A DNA stretch of 32,650 nucleotides. Origin: Candidatus Woesearchaeota archaeon (GTDB lineage Archaea > Nanobdellota > Nanobdellia > Woesearchaeales > GW2011-AR9). Under the pieces are notes generated by a model. The model did not search any database. It was not told the origin of the DNA and worked only from the letters and a program-made list of their open reading frames with translations. Shown piece by piece: positions 9,405-22,082 of the stretch. Position numbers and translations under genes: made by a program. The stretch spans positions 1 to 32,650 of the forward strand of contig JAGVYX010000009.1 in NCBI GenBank assembly GCA_018303045.1. The letters run 5' to 3'. Each line of letters begins with the position of its first letter. Position 1 is the first letter of the stretch.

Positions 9405-10547
9405 ATGAAACATGACGAGGTATTAAAAGAATACAGTGAAAAATTATCGCCAGCCCTGCTGCAGGAAATCGCTGCGTCTGTTCCGGCAAATATCGCTAAA
9501 GAGAAATTAATTAAAATTCTGGAAGAAGCGGCGGGGTTATATTCCAGGGCTAAAATTAATGCCGGAGAATGCGTTGGGTTAGTAGGCGCTGAAAGCATTG
9601 GCGAGCCTGGCACGCAAATGACTTTAAACACTTTCCACCTGGCCGGGGTAGCTGAGATGAACGTTACTACGGGCTTGCCCAGAATTATTGAAATTTTTGA
9701 CTGCCAGAAAGAAATTAAAACGCCGATGATGGAAGTATTTTTGAAAGCGCCGCATAATACTATTGATAAAGTGAAAAAATTTGCTGCGGCCTTAAAAGAA
9801 ACGTTATTTGGCGAATTAGTTTCAGAATATTCCTTAAATATTTATGAGCAAACATTAACTCTAAAAATTAATGAAACTTTAATGAAAGACTATGGCTTTA
9901 CTGATATCAAAGAGCTGGCTAAATTGCTAAAAACCAAATCCAAGGGTTTTATCAGCGAGACCAAAGACTATCTGATTATTTTTACCCAGAAAGATAAAGG
10001 CGGGGAAAATTTAAAAGAAATGTATGGATTAAAAGAAAAATTAAAAGTTGTAAAAATCAAGGGAATAAAAGGCGTAAAGCAGGTTTTGCCGGTTAAGCGG
10101 GGCGAGGAATATATTATTCTTACTTCTGGCACCAACTTGAAAGATATTTTGCAGTTATCCGAAGTTGATGCAACTAGAACTTACGGCAATGATCTTAGGG
10201 AGGTTTATGAAGTGTTGGGTATTGAAGCTGCCAGGCAGGCGATTATTAATGAGGTGTATAAAGTTATGGAAGCGCAGGGGTTGAACATTGATATTCGCCA
10301 TATAATGCTGGTGGCCGACATTATGTGCGCATCCGGGGCGGTGAAAGGAATTACTCGGTATGGTGTGGTTAGCGAAAAGGCTTCCGTGCTGGCGAGGGCG
10401 TCTTTCGAAACTCCCATTAAGCATTTAATCAATGCGGCGTTGGAAGGCGAGGTTGACCGGTTAACTTCAGTCGTAGAAAATGTAATGATTAATCAGCCCG
10501 TTCCCTTAGGCACGGGATTGCCGGGATTAGTTACCAAGATGAAATAG
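9405..10547 (+). CDS. rpoA2: RNA polymerase subunit A'' (Rpo1C)
   Basis: [37 protein letters not shown] motifs. Confidence 0.98.
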   Translation: MKHDEVLKEYSEKLSPALLQEIAASVPANIAKEKLIKILEEAAGLYSRAKINAGECVGLVGAESIGEPGTQMTLNTFHLAGVAEMNVTTGLPRIIEIFDCQKEIKTPMMEVFLKAPHNTIDKVKKFAAALKETLFGELVSEYSLNIYEQTLTLKINETLMKDYGFTDIKELAKLLKTKSKGFISETKDYLIIFTQKDKGGENLKEMYGLKEKLKVVKIKGIKGVKQVLPVKRGEEYIILTSGTNLKDILQLSEVDATRTYGNDLREVYEVLGIEAARQAIINEVYKVMEAQGLNIDIRHIMLVADIMCASGAVKGITRYGVVSEKASVLARASFETPIKHLINAALEGEVDRLTSVVENVMINQPVPLGTGLPGLVTKMK

Positions 10548-10588
10548 TTAGAAGAATTTTTAAAGACAACCTTAATACTTTATTAAAA

Positions 10589-10882
10589 ATGGCGCAAACA
10601 GAACCACCAGCGGAATTGGAACAAAATTTAGCCCTAATAAAAGTTAAATTGCAGGATGGAAAAGCTATTTTGGGAACAGCAGCAGTTATCAAAAAGTTGC
10701 GCGGCGGAATGTTAGAGTCCGTTTTTCTGGCTCGAAATTGTCCTGACACGATAAAAAATGATCTCCAGCATCTGGCTAAATTGGGTAATATTCCAGTTGA
10801 GGTTTTATCTCTGGACAACGAAGAATTAGGCGTATTTTGCAAAAAAGGTTTTTTTATCTCTGTTCTTGGCGCGATGAAATAA
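10589..10882 (+). CDS. rpl30e: Ribosomal protein L30e
   Basis: GKAILG, LARNCP, ELG..C.K.F.ISV motifs; canonical position after rpoA''. Confidence 0.9.
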   Translation: MAQTEPPAELEQNLALIKVKLQDGKAILGTAAVIKKLRGGMLESVFLARNCPDTIKNDLQHLAKLGNIPVEVLSLDNEELGVFCKKGFFISVLGAMK

Positions 10883-11296
10883 ATGAATCGCATAATCTTT
10901 GATCAGGAGATATTAGGGTTGTCTTCCCTTCTCGAGAATAGAACTCATGCCCGCATTAAGGATGTTTTTAGGGATGAGGAAATAATTTATGTTATTGTTG
11001 CTCCCGGCGAAATGGGGAAAATCCTGGGGAAGGGCGGAGAAACGATTAAAAGGCTGCAGCAGCAGCTGGGGAAGAGAATTAAGGCTGTTGAATTTAATGA
11101 TGCAGTGGAAATGTTTGTGAAAAACATTATTTTTCCGCTGAAAGTAGAAGAAATTATTCAGGAAGGGCTTGTGGTGTTAATCAAAGACTCGCAGAAAAAA
11201 ACAAAAAGTTTATTAATCGGGCGTAATGGGAGGAATTTGAAGTTGATCAATAGAGCCGTTAAGCGGTTTTTTAACGTGGAAGTTAAAGTAATATAA
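10883..11296 (+). CDS. nusA: Archaeal NusA (two KH domains)
   Basis: LGKGG and IGRNGRN KH motifs; canonical synteny. Confidence 0.93.
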   Translation: MNRIIFDQEILGLSSLLENRTHARIKDVFRDEEIIYVIVAPGEMGKILGKGGETIKRLQQQLGKRIKAVEFNDAVEMFVKNIIFPLKVEEIIQEGLVVLIKDSQKKTKSLLIGRNGRNLKLINRAVKRFFNVEVKVI

Positions 11297-11327
11297 TTAA
11301 GTAAGTAATAATAAAGAAAATATAAAA

Positions 11328-11747
11328 ATGGCTAAAAAATCCCGAGGATTAAGAGCGGCAAAGAAATTGCGAAAGCGCCGGCGGCAGTTTAAGCTAATGA
11401 GAAGATCCAAGCTAAAGAAGAAAGTAGACCCTTTATCTGGTTCTTCGCAAGCTAAAGCTATTGTTCTGGAGAAACTTCAGGTGGAAGCCAAACAGCCCTG
11501 CTCGGGCATGAGAAAATGCGCTCGCGTCCAATTAATTAAAAATGGGAAACAGATTACTGCCTTCATGCCGGGAGATGGCGCCCAGAAACTGATCAATGAG
11601 CACGATGAAGTTATCGTTGAATGCATCGGTGGGAAGATGGGAAGAGCTAAAGGTGATCTTCCTTGCATCAGATGGCAGGTAATTAGAGTTAACGATCAAA
11701 GCTTGGATGCCTTATTGAAAGGTAAATTGGAGAAAGCCAGAAGATGA
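11328..11747 (+). CDS. rps12: Ribosomal protein uS12 (S12/S23)
   Basis: [29 protein letters not shown] motifs. Confidence 0.98.
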   Translation: MAKKSRGLRAAKKLRKRRRQFKLMRRSKLKKKVDPLSGSSQAKAIVLEKLQVEAKQPCSGMRKCARVQLIKNGKQITAFMPGDGAQKLINEHDEVIVECIGGKMGRAKGDLPCIRWQVIRVNDQSLDALLKGKLEKARR

Positions 11748-11804
11748 GGAAAAACAACGATTTTTCAGCATCTTCTAAAACTCCAGAGGATTTTTGTTAG
11801 ATAA

Positions 11805-12404
11805 ATGGCCGAAATAAAATTTTTCAATAAATGGACTGCTGAAGGAGTTCAAGTAACGGACTTGGGCTTGCAGAGGTATTTAACTCTGCAGCCAAAAATT
11901 ATTCCCAAGACCGGCGCCAGATATGCTGGCAACAGGTTTCATAAATCACAGACTTTTATCGTAGAAAGATTAGCCACCAAGCTAATGAATTCCGGCCATC
12001 GCGCTAAGAAGCATCTTCTGAGTTCCGGGCATAACAGCGGCAAGAAAAATCATGCCTTAAGCATTGTGGAAGAAGCCCTGAAAAAAGCTGAAGTAAAATT
12101 AAAAAATAATCCTTTAGCGATATTAGTAAAAGCTGTGGAAAATGCTGCTCCCCGGGAAGAAGTTATTGCCATTGAATATGGCGGAGCTCGTTATCCGAAA
12201 GCCGTGGATATTGCTCCGCAGCGAAGAATTGACTTGGCTTTGCGGTTCATGACGCAGGGAGCTTACGCTAAATCATTCAATAAAAAAGTTAAAATCGAAG
12301 ATGCTTTAGCGGAAGAAATTATTTCTGCTGCCCAGTGTTCCGGCAAAAGCGCGGCTGTTTCTAAAAAGAAAGATTTGGAGCGGCAGGCAGCCAGCAGCAA
12401 GTAG
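11805..12404 (+). CDS. rps7: Ribosomal protein uS7
   Basis: AVENAAPREE, YGGARYP.AVDIAPQRR.D.ALR, ERQA.SS motifs. Confidence 0.98.
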   Translation: MAEIKFFNKWTAEGVQVTDLGLQRYLTLQPKIIPKTGARYAGNRFHKSQTFIVERLATKLMNSGHRAKKHLLSSGHNSGKKNHALSIVEEALKKAEVKLKNNPLAILVKAVENAAPREEVIAIEYGGARYPKAVDIAPQRRIDLALRFMTQGAYAKSFNKKVKIEDALAEEIISAAQCSGKSAAVSKKKDLERQAASSK

Positions 12405-12575
12405 AGTTCTAGGTTGAATGGGGGAAAATTTCTTTTCCCTGATTTAGGCAATCTTAAAAATTAAAGATAACTAGAAATAAATCCACAAAAATTAGTTATG
12501 TCTTTTGTATATAATAACTGCTATTTATTGTTCAAAAATTAATATCAGTTACTATAGAATAAAAAAATAAAAACT

Positions 12576-14470
<1,895 letters not shown>

Positions 14471-14504
14471 AGGCAGCACCCCGCTATTTTTTAGAATTTT
14501 TTAC

Positions 14505-14644
14505 GATTTGGTTAATGTTAGTATGATTTAATGAAGATTTGGTTAATGTTAGTATGATTTAATGAAGATTTGGTTAATGTTAGTATGATTTGATGAAGAT
14601 TTGGTTAATGTTAGTATGATTTGATGAAGATTTGGTTAATGTTA
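14505..14644. repeat. Tandem array of 4.5 copies of 31-bp GATTTGGTTAATGTTAGTATGATTTRATGAA
   Basis: Units start at 14505, 14536, 14567, 14598 and 14629 (partial); one A/G variable site; no spacers. Confidence 0.97.
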
Positions 14645-14794
14645 ATTTATGTTAATGATAGTCTTTTAAATGTTAATGATGGTTTTTTAAATTGCTTATA
14701 TTTAAAGATTGTGAGAGAAAATTACAGATTTTTGTTCTGGAAATAAAATTATGGCTTCAAAAGTTATTTATAGTGTTAAATTTTTGTTTAACTA

Positions 14795-15163
14795 ATGGCC
14801 GATAAACAGCTTTGGAACGTTCACTATAAATTTTACGAAGCGATGGGATTTGGAGAGGGCAGCATTATATCAAGATGTTATCTCGTAGTTGCTGGCAGTG
14901 AAGAGGAAGCTTTGGCGAAGGGCAATAAGGTGTTTGCAGGAATTTCTACAGATCATGCCGGGCTAGTCGGTGGTGAGAAAGAAGTTAATGGCCGCGTGAT
15001 TTTAAGAGATCTGGAAAAAAAGGTCGGCATTTATGAAGGGCTAAATTTAATTCCTCCCCAGCTGGACGGCTTAGATGCTGTAAATTTTGAACTTGAGACC
15101 AAAGTTCAATTTGACGACCAGAATATTAAAGTAGCTTATCTTCCAAGACCAAAAACCGGTTAA
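14795..15163 (+). CDS. Hypothetical protein (122 aa)
   Basis: Intergenic ORF with a TATA-like element ~25 nt upstream; no family recognised. Confidence 0.7.
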   Translation: MADKQLWNVHYKFYEAMGFGEGSIISRCYLVVAGSEEEALAKGNKVFAGISTDHAGLVGGEKEVNGRVILRDLEKKVGIYEGLNLIPPQLDGLDAVNFELETKVQFDDQNIKVAYLPRPKTG

Positions 15164-15213
15164 TTGTAATTTATTATTCAGGAATTTTTCTTTAAAAAAC
15201 TTTAAATCGTTTT

Positions 15214-16305
15214 TCAAAATTGGTCTTTAAATTCCTTAAACTTTCCTTTCTTAATTGCTTCTTTTGCTTCCTCAAGCATTCTTTGTATGAAAAAGAGATT
15301 ATGGATGCTCAAAAAACGTTTAACAATCGGCTCTTTAACCTTGATTAAATGATGCAGGTAAGCCCGAGTATAATTGTTGCAAGTATAACAATTGCATCCC
15401 TGTTCGATTGGAGAAAAGTCATCTTGATATTTTAATTGCTCAATCAATACATTTCCCTGTCTGGTAAATAATGTTCCTCTTCTTCCCACCTGGGTTGGAT
15501 ATACTGAGTCAAAACAATCGATGCCCCGGCCAATTAATTCCAGCATTTCTTTCGGCGAACCGATACCCATGACGTAACGCGGCTTTTCTTTAGCAATATA
15601 TGGCAGCACGGCATCAATGGCTTGATACATTTTTTCTTTCGGCTCACCGATAGCCACTCCGCCAATGGCTACGCCATCAAAAGCTAACGAATTAATGAAT
15701 TTAGCAGATTGCTCTCTTAATTCCGGGTAAAAATTGCCCTGCGCGATGCCAAACAATAACTGGCTGGAATTTTGCTCTCGCTTTAATTTTTGATGCCATT
15801 CCAGACTTTCTTTTCCCCAGCGATGCGTATTTTCCATAGCTAATTTAGCTTCTTCATAAGAGACGCCATAACCAGACATATCATCCAGCATCATGGCTGC
15901 GTCGCTGTTAATGGCTAGTTCTATCTCCATAATTTTTTTTGGAGTAATGATTACTTTACTATTGTCATAAGGACTTCTGAAATGCAACCCTTTTTTATAT
16001 TTCTCCTCAAAAATCCCCCGGGACATCTGGAATCCACCGCAATCCGTGAAAATAATTCCAGAAAAATTCATGAACTGGTGAATTCCGGCAGCTTTCTTAA
16101 TTATTTCAATTCCCGGCTTTAGGCTAAGAATCAAGGCGTTGGCGATAATGGCTTTAATCCTTATATGCTTATAGTCATCGGTAGTAATTACCTTGCCGGT
16201 GGCTTTGGTAGCTGCGGGCATGAAAAAAGGAGTTTCTATCGTTCCGTGAGCAGTAGTTAATTGGCCTATTCTGGCGCTGCCGTCCTGGTGAGTTATTTGG
16301 AACAT
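15214..16305 (-). CDS. tgt: tRNA-guanine transglycosylase, short bacterial-like (position-34) type
   Basis: TP.FMP, TDCGGFQ, FGIAQG, GG.AIGE, PRYVMG.G, D.FDSV.P and Zn CxCxxC..H motifs; 363 aa, no PUA/C-terminal archaeosine-TGT domains. Confidence 0.93.
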   Translation of the reverse strand: MFQITHQDGSARIGQLTTAHGTIETPFFMPAATKATGKVITTDDYKHIRIKAIIANALILSLKPGIEIIKKAAGIHQFMNFSGIIFTDCGGFQMSRGIFEEKYKKGLHFRSPYDNSKVIITPKKIMEIELAINSDAAMMLDDMSGYGVSYEEAKLAMENTHRWGKESLEWHQKLKREQNSSQLLFGIAQGNFYPELREQSAKFINSLAFDGVAIGGVAIGEPKEKMYQAIDAVLPYIAKEKPRYVMGIGSPKEMLELIGRGIDCFDSVYPTQVGRRGTLFTRQGNVLIEQLKYQDDFSPIEQGCNCYTCNNYTRAYLHHLIKVKEPIVKRFLSIHNLFFIQRMLEEAKEAIKKGKFKEFKDQF

Positions 16306-16421
16306 CTAATGCAATTTCCAGCCTTATTTTATAAGATTATCTGGATTTAAATTAATGATGGAGAAAGCTTAATATTATTTAAAGCAATATTTTTTAAAAT
16401 AGAGGCTTTCCCTAATGTTTT

Positions 16422-17414
16422 ATGATCACCCTCGGCATCGAATCCACCGCCCATACCTTTGGCATAGGCATGGTAACAGACAGAGGCAAAATCCTCGCTA
16501 ATGTTAAAGACAGCTATAGCTCCCTAAATGCAGGCATGATCCCTGACCAGGTAGCCGAACATCACCAATTGGTGAAAGGTGAAATTTTAAAACAAGCTTT
16601 ACGGGAAGCCAAAATAGATTTAACTGATGTTGATTATCTGGCTTATTCATCTGGCCCGGGAATTGATCCCTGTTTGTGGGTCGGGTATAATTTTGCTAAA
16701 GAGCTGTCGGAAAAAATAAAGAAACCATTAATTGCTGTTAATCATTGCGCAGCTCATTTAAGCATTGGCAAGCTCTATAATCAATTAAAAGATCCCGTTT
16801 ATCTGTATGTTTCCGGAGTTAATACGCAGATTATTATTGAGAAAACTGCTGACAGAAAAAGCCACTATGTGGTTCTAGGCGAAACTCTGGATATCGGTTT
16901 AGGAAATATGTTGGATAAATTGGGCCGAATAATGGGTTTAGGGTTTCCGGCAGGACCCGGAATAGAAGAATTAGCTAAAGGGGGTAAATATCTAGAACTG
17001 CCTTATGTTGTTAAAGGCATGGATGCATCGTTTTCAGGAATTTTAACCAAAGCGCAGCAATTATATGAGCGCAAACAGGCAACTAAGGAAGACCTTTGTT
17101 TTTCTGTTCAGGAAACTTGTTTTGCCATGATAACTGAAGTGGCTGAACGAGCCCTGGCGCATACAGGTAAAACAGAACTGGTCTTGATTGGCGGAGTGGG
17201 CGCTAATCAACGATTCTGCGAAATGTTGCAAATAATGTGCAAAGAGAGAAAAGCTGAATTTTATAATGTTCCAATAGGCTTGGCTGGCGATCAGGGAGCG
17301 ATGATTGCCTGGGAAGGTTTTTTAAGGAAAGGACAGTATGGTGATGGACAGTATGATGATAGACAGTATGGTGAAGGAGGAGTAAAACCGCACTGGAGGG
17401 TGGATGAAGTTTGA
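16422..17414 (+). CDS. kae1: t6A37 tRNA threonylcarbamoyltransferase Kae1
   Basis: LGIESTAHTFG, NHC.AH, LYVSG.NTQ, GETLDIG.GN.LD, LPYVVKGMD.SFSG motifs. Confidence 0.96.
   Translation: MITLGIESTAHTFGIGMVTDRGKILANVKDSYSSLNAGMIPDQVAEHHQLVKGEILKQALREAKIDLTDVDYLAYSSGPGIDPCLWVGYNFAKELSEKIKKPLIAVNHCAAHLSIGKLYNQLKDPVYLYVSGVNTQIIIEKTADRKSHYVVLGETLDIGLGNMLDKLGRIMGLGFPAGPGIEELAKGGKYLELPYVVKGMDASFSGILTKAQQLYERKQATKEDLCFSVQETCFAMITEVAERALAHTGKTELVLIGGVGANQRFCEMLQIMCKERKAEFYNVPIGLAGDQGAMIAWEGFLRKGQYGDGQYDDRQYGEGGVKPHWRVDEV
17331..17375 (+). repeat. Three in-frame 15-bp tandem repeats at the Kae1 C-terminus (GQYGD GQYDD RQYGE)
   Basis: RGACAGTATGRTGAW units at 17331, 17346 and 17361. Confidence 0.9.
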
Positions 17415-17665
17415 AATTAAGAAAAATAAAACTATCTAAGCGCGCTCCGGTTTATTTCTTACGAAATGAAATTAGAAGAGAAGTTAATAGGCTGACCATC
17501 CCGTATGGTGTTGATCCGATTAGTGGTTCTTCTTATATCCCAAGATTCTTGGAAGATTTAGAGGCTGAATATGAATGTTATTTTAGAACCAAAGAATTTG
17601 TTACAAAAACTAGAGCCAAATCTTGGCGGCAGTATGTTTATGCTGGGTTGCAATGGTCAAATTGA
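17411..17665 (+). CDS. Hypothetical protein (84 aa)
   Basis: TTG start overlapping the kae1 stop (TTGA), suggesting translational coupling; no family recognised. Confidence 0.5.
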   Translation: MKLRKIKLSKRAPVYFLRNEIRREVNRLTIPYGVDPISGSSYIPRFLEDLEAEYECYFRTKEFVTKTRAKSWRQYVYAGLQWSN

Positions 17666-17840
17666 GAATTTTCTTGCGCGTAATGATTTAACGACCATTG
17701 TAGATAAGTTACGATTATTGCCAATCAACTTTTAAGATAAATACGAACTAACTATCAAACCTCCGATACCTTTATAAACCTAAAAAGGCTCTTGAATTTA
17801 CGATTTTATCGACGATAAACCAAGGAAATCCCCCCCTTAA

Positions 17841-19772
<1,932 letters not shown>

Positions 19773-19784
19773 GGTGGTTAAAAT

Positions 19785-20045
19785 ATGAAATTAAGAATTA
19801 GTCCGGAAACTCTTAAAAAAGTAGCTTATGGCTTTATTTTAACTGGTTTTTTAGGATATGTCGGTACTCAAGCTTATCTTCGCAAAAGAAATGCTGAGTT
19901 TGAGCAACAGAAATCAGCATCTCAACAACTTGTTGAGCATCAGGCCAATTATCAATTCTGCGATAACTTAATGAAAGAAACCGCCGGCGATTCAGGTTTA
20001 GAAGGATTTGTTTTAGACAAAGTAAAAATTTCCGGCTGGTGTTGA
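19785..20045 (+). CDS. Small single-pass membrane protein
   Basis: N-terminal hydrophobic segment; GGGTGG SD upstream. Confidence 0.65.
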   Translation: MKLRISPETLKKVAYGFILTGFLGYVGTQAYLRKRNAEFEQQKSASQQLVEHQANYQFCDNLMKETAGDSGLEGFVLDKVKISGWC

Positions 20046-20184
20046 TAACGGCCGATCCTGCAGAGTAGTTCTGGCTGGATGTTCTACAGAGTAATGGGAT
20101 AAATATTCTTTTAACCTTTTTTTAGAAACTTAAATAAAGAAAGCCTTAATTGAGGTATCAAATGAAAAGTAAGTTGTTGTTAAT

Positions 20185-20315
20185 AAAAAATCCCAATCGG
20201 AGCAGAGCTCCGGGGTATTTTTTAATCTTGCTTGGAATCGACATCGCAGTAGTCAAGTCACGTTGTTCGTGAGTTTCCTGCGGAAACAACTCCTGGGCAT
20301 GATACCCAAGCAAGA
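20185..20315 (+). ncRNA. Putative structured leader or ncRNA
   Basis: Hairpin CGGAGC-AGA-GCTCCG extended by AAAAAAT-CCC/GGG-T-ATTTTTT; 10-bp closing stem TCTTGCTTGG/CCAAGCAAGA enclosing three hairpins; BRE/TATA-like GAAACTTAAATAA at ~20125-20137. Confidence 0.5.
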
Positions 20316-20347
20316 AATCAATAATCTTTAACTGAACGAGGTAAAAA

Positions 20348-20581
20348 ATGGCTTTTGACAAGAATTTAGATCGGGAATTGTTTTCAGAATCAGTTGATTT
20401 GGATAAGTCGGTAATTGCGGTAGCTGTCTTTTCCTATAATAATGGAACTCCCAAGCTGCAAATTTCTCGGCAGAATAAAAATGCTGCTGGCGAGTTGAGT
20501 TTTGCCAAGCTCGGAAGAATGACTAAAGAGGAAGTAGAAAAAGTTTTGCCATTAATGGAGAAAGCAAAAACTTATTTGTAA
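20348..20581 (+). CDS. Small conserved-looking protein, possibly PC4/YdbC-like nucleic-acid-binding fold
   Basis: GAGGT SD; pattern V.VFSYN.G.PKLQISR...K.GRMT.EE followed by a C-terminal helix resembles PC4-like proteins. The fold call is inference. Confidence 0.7.
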   Translation: MAFDKNLDRELFSESVDLDKSVIAVAVFSYNNGTPKLQISRQNKNAAGELSFAKLGRMTKEEVEKVLPLMEKAKTYL

Positions 20582-20587
20582 TAAAGT

Positions 20588-21277
20588 ATGAAAAAATCTG
20601 AAAAGAAAGCTCTTTCCATGCATCCATCACAACAAATCAAGTTTATTGAAGATTATGTCCGAACTGAATTATCCGGTGAAGCTTCCGGGCATGACTGGTG
20701 GCACAGCCATCGAGTTAGAAATTTAGCCTTAACTATCGCCCGAGCTGAGGGCGCTGAGTTGTATCTGGTGGAAATTACTGCCTTAATGCATGATATCGGC
20801 GACCCTAAATTTTATGAGGGGGACGAAACGGTAGCTCCGCGGTTAGTCGGCCTGAAATTGGCAGAAGCTGGACTCGCAGCAAAGGATAAAGACAAGATTA
20901 TGTACATCATCGCCCAGATGTCTTATTCCCAATCTTTAGCTGGAGAAACGGATATAGAAAAGTCTAAGGAATTTATGGCCGTGCAGGATGCCGACCGGCT
21001 GGATGGAATCGGAGCCATCGGCCTAGCCCGCGTTTTTGCCTATGGCGGCAGCAAAGGGCGGCTGATTCATGACCCAAATATAAAACCCAAACAGAATATA
21101 ACTAAGGAGGAATACCGGGTTTCTAAAGGAACCAGCATTAACCATTTGTATGAAAAAATGTTACGATTGAAGGATTTAATGAATACGGAAACTGGCCGAA
21201 GAATCGCCGAAGAGAGACATTTATTTATAGGGCAGTTTTTAGATCGGTTTTATAAAGAATGGGATGGTCAGGCTTAA
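20588..21277 (+). CDS. HD-domain phosphohydrolase
   Basis: GHDWWH..RV, MHDIGD, VQDADRLD.IGAIG.AR.FAYGG, HLYEK motifs. Confidence 0.92.
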   Translation: MKKSEKKALSMHPSQQIKFIEDYVRTELSGEASGHDWWHSHRVRNLALTIARAEGAELYLVEITALMHDIGDPKFYEGDETVAPRLVGLKLAEAGLAAKDKDKIMYIIAQMSYSQSLAGETDIEKSKEFMAVQDADRLDGIGAIGLARVFAYGGSKGRLIHDPNIKPKQNITKEEYRVSKGTSINHLYEKMLRLKDLMNTETGRRIAEERHLFIGQFLDRFYKEWDGQA

Positions 21278-21322
21278 AGCTTTAGAGAATTTTGAATAAT
21301 TCATATTTTATGATTTTCAACT

Positions 21323-22036
21323 TTAATTTATCACATCATAAACTAGATGAAGATAAGAATTCTTTAACTTCCTGCACGTCTTCAGTTTAAGGGTTTTGAT
21401 CTTATTTAAATCAGATATTGACTTTAAAGACTCTCCGCCTATTAGCGCGGATGTTTGTTCTCCGCCAATTAAAGCTGGAGCAATGACCAGATTAATTCTA
21501 TCAATTAAGCCCAACCTAACTAGAAGGGCATTTAAAGTTCCTCCCGATTGTACGGTTACTCGATTCATTTTATATTTTACTTTTAATCGATTAAATAAAT
21601 CATTAAAATTAATTTTGTTTTGGTAAAAGATGGTTTCAGCTTCTTTGAAATTAAAAGCGGGATGATTTTTATTGGAAGTCGCTAGAAATAGCTTTTTCGA
21701 TTTTTTAATCATATTTTTAATGCCGGTTTGCGTAAGGTGATTGTTATCAACGATAATAAAGTTAACTGGTAATTTGTGAATCTCTGTTTTTGAGTCATTC
21801 ATTCCGATTTTGACCATTACCCTGCCAGTGTTAAATGAATTGATGTCCGTGCTCTGTTCTAATTGGTAATACTGCTTTAATCCTTCTTTTAGGCCATTAA
21901 TCTTGGGAAAATCTTTATCAAAGTCTCGTCCATCAACACACCCCGTGGAGATTTTTCCATCAACAGAAGAAAGCATAAACAAGGTATTGAAAGTTCTGTT
22001 TTTTGCCATCATTATCTCTAAACTTAATACCTGCAT
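21323..22036 (-). CDS. RibD C-terminal / dihydrofolate-reductase-like protein (start may be 22012 or 22009)
   Basis: SVDGKI, QSGGTLN..L...LID.I.L.IAP.LIGG motifs. Confidence 0.85.
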   Translation of the reverse strand: MQVLSLEIMMAKNRTFNTLFMLSSVDGKISTGCVDGRDFDKDFPKINGLKEGLKQYYQLEQSTDINSFNTGRVMVKIGMNDSKTEIHKLPVNFIIVDNNHLTQTGIKNMIKKSKKLFLATSNKNHPAFNFKEAETIFYQNKINFNDLFNRLKVKYKMNRVTVQSGGTLNALLVRLGLIDRINLVIAPALIGGEQTSALIGGESLKSISDLNKIKTLKLKTCRKLKNSYLHLVYDVIN

Positions 22037-22082
22037 GCCCCCTATTCCCTGCTGAATAATTAAATGTCTGATCTAATCAATC

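Noticed and set aside
14505-14644. CRISPR array
   Set aside because: Units are head-to-tail with no unique spacers, and no cas genes are in the window.
20185-20315. SRP RNA or RNase P RNA identity for the structured region
   Set aside because: No SRP helix-8 motif or RNase P P4 consensus was recognised, and the region is short.
20158-20361. 67-aa minus-strand ORF
   Set aside because: Overlaps the structured region and the start of the + strand gene; no recognisable protein features.
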